Source: the human T2T-CHM13v2.0 reference genome, Homo sapiens
Assembly: GCF_009914755.1 (NCBI RefSeq)
Contig: NC_060938.1
Reading direction: 5' to 3' (one strand)
DNA length: 64,000 nt
Both the position numbers and the translations under genes were made by a program. How positions within the stretch are numbered: the stretch's first letter is position 1; each line of letters opens with the position of its first letter. Below are positions 12,001 through 24,000 of this stretch, one piece after another. The notes below the pieces were generated by a model. That model had not been told where the DNA came from and did no database searches. It saw only the letters and a list, made by a program, of their open reading frames with translations.

Positions 12001-15000
12001 CTGCATTTAGAAAGGAGGCGGGGTCAGAGGAATAGAAAGGGACAGGGCTGAAGAACAGAGGTCGCTGCATTTAGAAAGGAGGCGGGGTCAGAGGAATAGA
12101 AAGGGATAGGGCTGAAGAACACAGGTCGCTGCATTTAGAAAGGAGGCGGGGTCAGAGGAATAGAAAGGGATAGGGCTGAAGAACAGAGGTCGCTTCATTT
12201 AGAAAGGAGGCGGGGTCAGAGGAATAGAAAGGGATGGGGCTGAAGAACAGAGGTCGCTGCATTTAGAAAGGAGGCGGGGTCAGAGGAATAGAAAGGGACG
12301 GGGCTGAAGAACAGAGGTCGCTGCATTTAGAAAGGAGGCGGGGTCAGAGGAATAGAAAGGGATAGGCCTGAAGAACAGAGGTCGCTGCATTTAGAAAGGA
12401 GGCGGGGTCAGAGGAATAGAAAGGGACAGGGCTGAAGAACACAGGTCGCTGCATTTAGAAAGGAGGCGGGGTCAGAGGAATAGAAAGGGACAGGGCTGAA
12501 GAACAGAGGTCGCTGCATTTAGAAAGGAGGCGGGGTCAGAGGAATAGAAAGGGATAGGGCTGAAGAACACAGGTCGCTGCATTTAGAAAGGAGGCGGGGT
12601 CAGAGGAATAGAAAGGGATAGGGCTGAAGAACAGAGGTCGCTTCATTTAGAAACGAGGCGGGGTCAGAGGAATAGAAAGGGACAGGGCTGAAGAACACAG
12701 GTCGCTGCATTTAGAAAGGAGGCGGGGTCAGAGGAATAGAAAGGGATAGGCCTGAAGAACACAGGTCGCTGCATTTAGAAAGGAGGCGGGGTCAGAGCAA
12801 TAGAAAGGGACAGGGCTGAAGAACACAGGTCGCTGCATTTAGAAAGGAGGCGGGGTCAGAGGAATAGAAAGGGATAGGACTGAAGAACACAGGTCGCTGC
12901 ATTTAGAAAGGAGGCGGGGTCAGAGGAATAGAAAGGGACAGGGCTGAAGAACAGAGGTCGCTGCATTTAGAAAGGAGGCGGGGTCAGAGGAATAGAAAGG
13001 GACAGGACAGAAGAACACAGGTCGCTGCATTTAGAAAGGAGGCGGGGTCAGAGGAATAGAAAGGGATAGGGCTGAAGAACACAGGTCGCTGCATTTAGAA
13101 AGGAGGCGGGGTCAGAGGAATAGAAAGGGACAGGACAGAAGAACACAGGTCGCTGCATTTAGAAAGGAGGCGGGGTCAGAGGAATAGAAAGGGACAGGGC
13201 TGAAGAACACAGGTCGCTGCATTTAGAAAGGAGGCGGGGTCAGAGGAATAGAAAGGGACAGGACAGAAGAACACAGGTCGCTGCATTTAGAAAGGAGGCG
13301 GGGTCAGAGGAATAGAAAGGGATAGGGCTGAAGAACAGAGGTCGCTGCATTTAGAAAGGAGGCGGGGTCAGAGGAATAGAAAGGGATACGGCTGAAGAAC
13401 ACAGGTCGCTGCATTTAGAAAGGAGGCGGGGTTAGAGGAATAGAAAGGGACAGGGCTGAAGAACACAGGTCGCTGCATTTAGAAAGGAGGCGGGGTCAGA
13501 GGAATAGAAAGGGACAGGGCTGAAGAACACAGGTCGCTGCATTCAGAAAGGAGGCGGGGTCAGAGGAATAGAAAGGGACAGGGCTGAAGAACACAGGTCG
13601 CTGCATTTAGAAAGGAGGCGGGGTCAGAGGAATAGAAAGGGACAGGGCTGAAGAACACAGGTCGCTGCATTTAGAAAGGAGGCGGGGTCAGAGGAATAGA
13701 AAGGGACAGGGCTGAAGAACACAGGTCGCTGCATTTAGAAAGGAGGCGGGGTCAGAGGAATAGAAAGGGACAGGGCTGAAGAACAGAGGTCGCTGCATTT
13801 AGAAAGGAGGCGGGGTCAGAGGAATAGAAAGGGATAGGCCTGAAGAACAGAGGTCGCTGCATTTAGAAAGGAGGCGGGGTCAGAGGAATAGAAAGGGATA
13901 GGGATGAAGAACACAGGTCGCTGCATTTAGAAAGGAGGCGGGGTCAGAGGAATAGAAAGGGATAGGGATGAAGAACAGAGGTCGCTGCATTTAGAAAGGA
14001 GGCGGGGTCAGAGGAATAGAAAGGGATAGGCCTGAAGAACAGAGGTCGCTGCATTTAGAAAGGAGGCGGGGTCAGAGGAATAGAAAGGGACAGGGCTGAA
14101 GAACACAGGTCGCTGCATTTAGAAAGGAGGCGGGGTCAGAGGAATAGAAAGGGATAGGGCTGAAGAACACAGGTCGCTGCATTTAGAAAGGAGGCGGGGT
14201 CAGAGGAATAGAAAGGGATAGGGCTGAAGAACACAGGTCGCTGCATTTAGAAAGGAGGCGGGGTCAGAGGAATAGAAAGGGATAGGGCTGAAGAACACAG
14301 GTCGCTGCATTTATAAAGGAGGCGGGGTTAGAGGAATAGAAAGGGACAGGGCTGAAGAACACAGGTCGCTGCATTTAGAAAGGAGGCGGGGTCAGAGGAA
14401 TAGAAAGGGACAGGGCTGAAGAACACAGGTCGCTGCATTTAGAAAGGAGGCGGGGTCAGAGGAATAGAAAGGGACAGGGCTGAAGAACACAGGTCGCTGC
14501 ATTTAGAAAGGAGGCGGGGTCAGAGGAATAGAAAGGGACAGGACTGAAGAACACAGGTCGCTGCATTTAGAAAGGAGGCGGGGTCAGAGGAATAGAAAGG
14601 GACAGGGCTGAAGAACACAGGTCGCTGCATTTAGAAAGGAGGCGGGGTCAGAGGAATAGAAAGGGACAGGGCTGAAGAACACAGGTCGCTGCATTTAGAA
14701 AGGAGGCGGGGTCAGAGGAATAGAAAGGGACAGGGCTGAAGAACACAGGTCACTGCATTTAGAAAGGAGGCGGGGTCAGAGGAATAGAAAGGGACAGGGC
14801 TGAAGAACACAGGTCGCTGCATTTAGAAAGGAGGCGGGGTCAGAGGAATAGAAAGGGACAGGGCTGAAGAACACAGGTCGCTGCATTTAGAAAGGAGGCG
14901 GGGTCAGAGGAATAGAAAGGGATAGGACTGAAAAACACAGGTCGCTGCATTTAGAAAGGAGGCGGGGTCAGAGGAATAGAAAGGGATAGGCCTGAAGAAC

Positions 15001-18000
15001 ACAGGTCGCTGCATTTAGAAAGGAGGCCGGGTCAGAGGAATAGAAAGGGACAGGGCTGAAGAACAGAGGTCGCTGCATTTAGAAAGGAGGCGGGGTCAGA
15101 GGAATAGAAAGGGACAGGGCTGAAGAACAGAGGTCGCTGCATTTAGAAAGGAGGCGGGGTCAGAGGAATAGAAAGGGACAGGACAGAAGAACACAGGTCG
15201 CTGCATTTAGAAAGGAGGCGGGGTCAGAGGAATAGAAAGGGACAGGACAGAAGAACACAGGTCGCTGCATTTAGAAAGGAGGCGGGGTCAGAGGAATAGA
15301 AAGGGATAGGGCTGAAGAACAGAGGTCGCTGCATTTAGAAAGGAGGCGGGGTCAGAGGAATAGAAAGGGACAGGACAGAAGAACACAGGTCGCTGCATTT
15401 AGAAAGGAGGCGGGGTCAGAGGAATAGAAAGGGATAGGGCTGAAGAACAGAGGTCGCTGCATTTAGAAAGGAGGCGGGGTCAGAGGAATAGAAAGGGATA
15501 GGGCTGAAGAACACAGGTCGCTGCATTTAGAAAGGAGGCGGGGTCAGAGGAATAGAAAGGGATAGGGCTGAAGAACACAGGTCGCTGCATTTAGAAAGGA
15601 GGCGGGGTCAGAGGAATAGAAACGGATAGGGCTGAAGAACAGATGTCGCTGCATTTAGAAAGGAGGCGGGGTCAGAGGAATAGAAAGGGATAGGGCTGAA
15701 GAACACAGGTCGCTGCATTTAGAAAGGAGGCGGGGTCAGAGGAATAGAAAGGGATAGGGCTGAAGAACACAGGTCGCTGCATTTAGAAAGGAGGCGGGGT
15801 CAGAGGAATAGAAAGGGACAGGGCTGAAGAACACAGGTCGCTGCATTTAGAAAGGAGGCGGGGTCAGAGGAATAGAAAGGGATGGCGCTGAAGAACAGAG
15901 GTCGCTGCATTTAGAAAGGAGGCGGGGTCAGAGGAATAGAAAGGGATGGGGCTGAAGAACAGAGGTCGCTGCATTTAGAAAGGAGGCGGGGTCAGAGGAA
16001 TAGAAAGGGACGGGGCTGAAGAACACAGGTCGCTGCATTTAGAAAGGAGGCGGGGTCAGAGGAATAGAAAGGGACAGGGCTGAAGAACACAGGTCGCTGC
16101 ATTTAGAAAGGAGGCGGGGTCAGAGGAATAGAAAGGGATAGGCCTGAAGAACACAGGTCGCTGCATTTAGAAAGGAGGCGGGGTCAGAGGAATAGAAAGG
16201 GACAGGGCTGAAGAACACAGGTCGCTGCATTTAGAAAGGAGGCGGGGTCAGAGGAATAGAAAGGGATAGGGCTGAAGAACAGAGGTCGCTTCATTTAGAA
16301 AGGAGGCGGGGTCAGAGGAATAGAAAGGGATGGGGCTGAAGAACAGAGGTCGCTGCATTTAGAAAGGAGGCGGGGTCAGTAGAATAGAAAGGGACAGGAC
16401 AGAAGAACACAGGTCGCTGCATTTAGAAAGGAGGCGGGGTCAGAGGAATAGAAAGGGACAGGGCTGAAGAACAGAGGTCGCTGCATTTAGAAAGGAGGCG
16501 GGGTCAGAGGAATAGAAAGGGATAGGGCTGAAGAACACAGGTCGCTGCATTTAGAAAGGAGGCGCGGTCAGAGGAATAGAAAGGGATAGGGCTGAAGAAC
16601 AGAGGTCGCTGCATTTAGAAAGGAGGCGGGGTCAGAGGAATAGAAAGGGATAGGGCTGAAGAACACAGGTCGCTGCATTTAGAAAGGAGGCGGGGTCAGA
16701 GGAATAGAAAGGGATAGGGCTGAAGAACACAGGTCGCTGCATTTAGAAAGGAGGCGGGGTAAGAGGAATAGAAAGGGATAGGGCTGAAGAACACAGGTCG
16801 CTGCATTTAGAAAGGAGGCGGGGTCAGAGGAATAGAAAGGGACAGGACTGAAGAACACAGGTCGCTGCATTTAGAAAGGAGGCGGGGTCAGAGGAATAGA
16901 AAGGGACAGGGCTGAAGAACACAGGTCGCTGCATTTAGAAAGGAGGCGGGGTCAGAGGAATAGAAAGGGACAGGGCTGAAGAACAGAGGTCGCTGCATTT
17001 AGAAAGGAGGCGGGGTCAGAGGAATAGAAAGGGACAGGACTGAAGAACACAGGTCGCTGCATTTAGAAAGGAGGCGGGGTCAGAGGAATAGAAAGGGACA
17101 GGGCTGAAGAACACAGGTCGCTGCATTTAGAAAGGAGGCGGGGTCAGAGGAATAGAAAGGGACAGGGCTGAAGAACACAGGTCGCTGCATTTAGAAAGGA
17201 GGCGGGGTAAGAGGAATAGAAAGGGATAGGGCTGAAGAACACAGGTCGCTGCATTTAGAAAGGAGGCGGGGTCAGAGGAATAGAAAGGGACAGGGCTGAA
17301 GAACACAGGTCGCTGCATTTAGAAAGGAGGCGGGGTCAGAGGAATAGAAAGGGACAGGACTGAAGAACACAGGTCGCTGCATTTAGAAAGGAGGCGGGGT
17401 CAGAGGAATAGAAAGGGACAGGGCTGAAGAACACAGGTCGCTGCATTTAGAAAGGAGGCGGGGTCAGAGGAATAGAAAGGGACAGGGCTGAAGAACAGAG
17501 GTCGCTGCATTTAGAAAGGAGGCGGGGTCAGAGGAATAGAAAGGGACAGGGCTGAAGAACACAGGTCGCTGCATTTAGAAAGGAGGCGGGGTCAGAGGAA
17601 TAGAAAGGGACAGGGCTGAAGAACACAGGTCACTGCATTTAGAAAGGAGGCGGGGTCAGAGGAATAGAAAGGGACAGGGCTGAAGAACACAGGTCGCTGC
17701 ATTTAGAAAGGAGGCGGGGTCAGAGGAATAGAAAGGGACAGGGCTGAAGAACACAGGTCGCTGCATTTAGAAAGGAGGCGGGGTCAGAGGAATAGAAAGG
17801 GATAGGACTGAAGAACACAGGTCGCTGCATTTAGAAAGGAGGCGGGGTCAGAGGAATAGAAAGGGATAGGCCTGAAGAACACAGGTCGCTGCATTTAGAA
17901 AGGAGGCGGGGTCAGAGGAATAGAAAGGGACAGGGCTGAAGAACAGAGGTCGCTGCATTTAGAAAGGAGGCGGGGTCAGAGGAATAGAAAGGGACAGGGC

Positions 18001-21000
18001 TGAAGAACAGAGGTCGCTGCATTTAGAAAGGAGGCGGGGTCAGAGGAATAGAAAGGGACAGGACAGAAGAACACAGGTCGCTGCATTTAGAAAGGAGGCG
18101 GGGTCAGAGGAATAGAAAGGGATAGGGCTGAAGAACAGAGGTCGCTGCATTTAGAAAGGAGGCGGGGTCAGAGGAATAGAAAGGGATAGGGCTGAAGAAC
18201 ACAGGTCGCTGCATTTAGAAAGGAGGCGGGGTCAGAGGAATAGAAAGGGACAGGGCTGAAGAACACAGGTCGCTGCATTTAGAAAGGAGGCGGGGTCAGA
18301 GGAATAGAAAGGGATGGGGCTGAAGAACAGAGGTCGCTGCATTTAGAAAGGAGGCGGGGTCAGAGGAATAGAAAGGGACGGGGCTGAAGAACAGAGGTCG
18401 CTGCATTTAGAAAGGAGGCGGGGTCAGAGGAATAGAAAGGGACAGGGCTGAAGAACACAGGTCGCTGCATTTAGAAAGGAGGCGGGGTCAGAGGAATAGA
18501 AAGGGACAGGGCTGAAGAACACAGGTCGCTGCATTTAGAAAGGATGCGGGGTCAGAGGAATAGAAAGGGACAGGGCTGAAGAACAGAGGTCGCTGCATTT
18601 AGAAAGGAGGCGGGGTCAGAGGAATAGAAAGGGACAGGGCTGAAGAACAGAGGTCGCTGCATTTAGAAAGGAGGCGGGGTCAGAGGAATAGAAAGGGATA
18701 GGCCTGAAGAACACAGGTCGCTGCATTTAGAAAGGAGGCGGGGTTAGAGGAATAGAAAGGGACAGGGCTGAAGAACAGAGGTCGCTGCATTTAGAAAGGA
18801 GGCGGGGTCAGAGGAATAGAAAGGGACAGGGCTGAAGAACAGAGGTCGCTGCATTTAGAAAGGAGGCGGGGTCAGAGGAATAGAAAGGGATAGGGCTGAA
18901 GAACACAGGTCGCTGCATTTAGAAAGGAGGCGGGGTCAGAGGAATAGAAAGGGATAGGGCTGAAAAACACAGGTCGCTGCATTTAGAAAGGAGGCGGGGT
19001 CAGAGGAATAGAAAGGGACAGGGCTGAAGAACACAGGTCGCTGCATTTAGAAAGGAGGCGGGGTCAGAGGAATAGAAAGGGATAGGACTGAAGAACACAG
19101 GTCGCTGCATTTAGAAAGGAGGCGGGGTTAGAGGAATAGAAAGGGATAGGGCTGAAGAACAGAGGTCGCTGCATTTAGAAAGGAGGCGGGGTTAGAGGAA
19201 TAGAAAGGGACAGGGCTGAAGAACAGAGGTCGCTGCATTTAGAAAGGAGGCGGGGTCAGAGGAATAGAAAGGGATAGGGCTGAATAACAGAGGTCGCTGC
19301 ATTTAGAAAGGAGGCGGGGTTAGAGGAATAGAAAGGGACAGGGCTGAAGAACAGAGGTCGCTGCATTTAGAAAGGAGGCGGGGTCAGAGGAATAGAAAGG
19401 GACAGGGCTGAAGAACAGAGGTCGCTGCATTTAGAAAGGAGGCGGGGTCAGAGGAATAGAAAGGGACAGGGCTGAAGAACACAGGTCGCTGCATTTAGAA
19501 AGGAGGCGGGGTTAGAGGAATAGAAAGGGACAGGGCTGAAGAACACAGGTCGCTGCATTTAGAAAGGAGGCGGGGTCAGAGGAATAGAAAGGGATAGGAC
19601 TGAAGAACACAAGTCGCTGCATTTAGAAAGGAGGCGGGGTCAGAGGAATAGAAAGGGATAGGCCTGAAGAACAGAGGTCGCTGCATTTAGAAAGGAGGCG
19701 GGGTCAGAGGAATAGAAAGGGATAGGGCTGAAGAACACAGGTCGCTGCATTTAGAAAGGAGGCGGGGTCAGAGGAATAGAAAGGGATAGGGCTGAAGAAC
19801 AGAGGTCGCTTCATTTAGAAACGAGGCGGGGTCAGAGGAATAGAAAGGGATAGGACTGAAGAACACAGGTCGCTGCATTTAGAAAGGAGGCGGGGTCAGA
19901 GGAATAGAAAGGGACAGGGCTGAAGAACACAGGTCGCTGCATTTAGAAAGGAGGCGGGGTCAGAGGAATAGAAAGGGATAGGCCTGAAGAACACAGGTCG
20001 CTGCATTTAGAAAGGAGGCGGGGTCAGAGGAATAGAAATGGACAGGGCTGAAGAACAGAGGTCGCTGCATTTAGAAAGGAGGCGGGGTCAGAGGAATAGA
20101 AAGGGACAGGGCTGAAGAACAGAGGTCGCTGCATTTAGAAAGGAGGCGGGGTCAGAGGAATAGAAAGGGACAGGGCTGAAGAACACAGGTCGCTGCATTT
20201 AGAAAGGAGGCGGGGTCAGAGGAATAGAAAGGGATAGGCCTGAAGAACACAGGTCGCTGCATTTAGAAAGGAGGCGGGGTCAGAGGAATAGAAAGGGACA
20301 GGGCTGAAGAACAGAGGTCGCTGCATTTAGAAAGGAGGCGGGGTCAGAGGAATAGAAAGGGACAGGGCTGAAGAACAGAGGTCGCTGCATTTAGAAAGGA
20401 GGCGGGGTCAGAGGAATAGAAAGGGACAGGGCTGAAGAACACAGGTCGCTGCATTTAGAAAGGAGGCGGGGTCAGAGGAATAGAAAGGGATAGGCCTGAA
20501 GAACACAGGTCGCTGCATTTAGAAAGGAGGCGGGGTCAGAGGAATAGAAAGGGATAGGACTGAAGAACACAGGTCGCTGCATTTAGAAAGGAGGCGGGGT
20601 CAGAGGAATAGAAAGGGATAGGCCTGAAGAACACAGGTCGCTGCATTTAGAAAGGAGGCGGGGTCAGAGGAATAGAAAGGGACAGGGCTGAAGAACACAG
20701 GTCGCTGCATTTAGAAAGGAGGCGGGGTCAGAGGAATAGAAAGGGATAGGGCTGAAGAACACAGGTCGCTGCATTTAGAAAGGAGGCGGGGTCAGAGGAA
20801 TAGAAAGGGATAGGGGTGAAGAACAGAGGTCACTGCATTTAGAAAGGAGGCGGGGTTAGAGGAATAGAAAGGGACAGGGCTGAAGAACACAGGTCGCTGC
20901 ATTTAGAAAGGAGGCGGGGTCAGAGGAATAGAAAGGGACAGGGCTGAAGAACACAGGTCGCTGCATTTAGAAAGGAGGCGGGGTTAGAGGAATAGAAACG

Positions 21001-24000
21001 GACAGGGCTGAAGAACACAGGTCGCTGCATTTAGAAAGGAGGCGGGGTCAGAGGAATAGAAAGGGACAGGGCTGAAGAACACAGGTCGCTGCATTTAGAA
21101 AGGAGGCGGGGTCAGAGGAATAGAAAGGGACAGGGCTGAAGAACACAGGTCGCTGCATTTAGAAAGGAGGCGGGGTCAGAGGAATAGAAAGGGACAGGGC
21201 TGAAGAACAGAGGTCGCTGCATTTAGAAAGGAGGCGGGGTCAGAGGAATAGAAAGGGATAGGCCTGAAGAACAGAGGTCGCTGCATTTAGAAAGGAGGCG
21301 GGGTCAGAGGAATAGAAAGGGATAGGGATGAAGAACACAGGTCGCTGCATTTAGAAAGGAGGCGGGGTCAGAGGAATAGAAAGGGATAGGCCTGAAGAAC
21401 AGAGGTCGCTGCATTTAGAAAGGAGGCGGGGTCAGAGGAATAGAAAGGGACAGGGCTGAAGAACACAGGTCGCTGCATTTAGAAAGGAGGCGGGGTCAGA
21501 GGAATAGAAAGGGATAGGGCTGAAGAACACAGGTCGCTGCATTTAGAAAGGAGGCGGGGTCAGAGGAATAGAAAGGGACAGGGCTGAAGAACACAGGTCG
21601 CTGCATTTAGAAAGGAGGCGGGGTCAGAGGAATAGAAAGGGACAGGGCTGAAGAACACAGGTCGCTGCATTTAGAAAGGAGGCGGGGTCAGAGGAATAGA
21701 AAGGGACAGGGCTGAAGAACAGAGGTCGCTGCATTTAGAAAGGAGGCGGGGTCAGAGGAATAGAAAGGGACAGGACAGAAGAACACAGGTCGCTGCATTT
21801 AGAAAGGAGGCGGGGTCAGAGGAATAGAAAGGGATAGGGCTGAAGAACACAGGTCGCTGCATTTAGAAAGGAGGCGGGGTCAGAGGAATAGAAAGGGATA
21901 GGGCTGAAGAACAGAGGTCGCTGCATTTAGAAAGGAGGCGGGGTCAGTAGAATAGAAAGGGACAGGACAGAAGAACACAGGTCGCTGCATTTAGAAAGGA
22001 GGCGGGGTCAGAGGAATAGAAAGGGATAGGGCTGAAGAACAGAGGTCGCTGCATTTAGAAAGGAGGCGGGGTCAGAGGAATAGAAAGGGATAGGGCTGAA
22101 GAACACAGGTCGCTGCATTTAGAAAGGAGGCGGGGTCAGAGGAATAGAAAGGGATAGGGGTGAAGAACAGAGGTCACTGCATTTAGAAAGGAGGCGGGGT
22201 TAGAGGAATAGAAAGGGACAGGGCTGAAGAACACAGGTCGCTGCATTTAGAAAGGAGGCGGGGTCAGAGGAATAGAAAGGGACAGGGCTGAAGAACACAG
22301 GTCGCTGCATTTAGAAAGGAGGCAGGGTTAGAGGAATAGAAACGGACAGGGCTGAAGAACACAGGTCGCTGCATTTAGAAAGGAGGCGGGGTCAGAGGAA
22401 TAGAAAGGGACAGGGCTGAAGAACACAGGTCGCTGCATTTAGAAAGGAGGCGGGGTCAGAGGAATAGAAAGGGACAGGGCTGAAGAACACAGGTCGCTGC
22501 ATTTAGAAAGGAGGCGGGGTCAGAGGAATAGAAAGGGACAGGGCTGAAGAACAGAGGTCGCTGCATTTAGAAAGGAGGCGGGGTCAGAGGAATAGAAAGG
22601 GATAGGGATGAAGAACACAGGTCGCTGCATTTAGAAAGGAGGCGGGGTCAGAGGAATAGAAAGGGATAGGCCTGAAGAACAGAGGTCGCTGCATTTAGAA
22701 AGGAGGCGGGGTCAGAGGAATAGAAAGGGATAGGGATGAAGAACAGAGGTCGCTGCATTTAGAAAGGAGGCGGGGTCAGAGGAATAGAAAGGGATAGGCC
22801 TGAAGAACAGAGGTCGCTGCATTTAGAAAGGAGGCGGGGTCAGAGGAATAGAAAGGGACAGGGCTGAAGAACACAGGTCGCTGCATTTAGAAAGGAGGCG
22901 GGGTCAGAGGAATAGAAAGGGATAGGGCTGAAGAACACAGGTCGCTGCATTTAGAAAGGAGGCGGGGTCAGAGGAATAGAAAGGGATAGGCCTGAAGAAC
23001 AGAGGTCGCTGCATTTAGAAAGGAGGCGGGGTCAGAGGAATAGAAAGGGACAGGGCTGAAGAACACAGGTCGCTGCATTTAGAAAGGAGGCGGGGTCAGA
23101 GGAATAGAAAGGGACAGGGCTGAAGAACACAGGTCGCTGCATTTAGAAAGGAGGCGGGGTCAGAGGAATAGAAAGGGACAGGGCTGAAGAACACAGGTCG
23201 CTGCATTTAGAAAGGAGGCGGGGTGAGAGGAATAGAAAGGGACAGGGCTGAAGAACACAGGTCGCTGCATTTAGAAAGGAGGCGGGGTCAGAGGAATAGA
23301 AAGGGATAGGACTGAAGAACAGAGGTCGCTGCATTTAGAAAGGAGGCGGGGTCAGAGGAATAGAAAGGGACAGGGCTGAAGAACACAGGTCGCTGCATTT
23401 AGAAAGGAGGCGGGGTCAGAGGAATAGAAAGGGACAGGGCTGAAGAACACAGGTCGCTGCATTTAGAAAGGAGGCAGGGTTAGAGGAATAGAAACGGACA
23501 GGGCTGAAGAACACAGGTCGCTGCATTTAGAAAGGAGGCGGGGTCAGAGGAATAGAAAGGGACAGGGCTGAAGAACACAGGTCGCTGCATTTAGAAAGGA
23601 GGCGGGGTCAGAGGAATAGAAAGGGACAGGGCTGAAGAACACAGGTCGCTGCATTTAGAAAGGAGGCGGGGTCAGAGGAATAGAAAGGGACAGGGCTGAA
23701 GAACAGAGGTCGCTGCATTTAGAAAGGAGGCGGGGTCAGAGGAATAGAAAGGGATAGGCCTGAAGAACAGAGGTCGCTGCATTTAGAAAGGAGGCGGGGT
23801 CAGAGGAATAGAAAGGGATAGGGATGAAGAACACAGGTCGCTGCATTTAGAAAGGAGGCGGGGTCAGAGGAATAGAAAGGGATAGGCCTGAAGAACAGAG
23901 GTCGCTGCATTTAGAAAGGAGGCGGGGTCAGAGGAATAGAAAGGGATAGGGATGAAGAACAGAGGTCGCTGCATTTAGAAAGGAGGCGGGGTCAGAGGAA

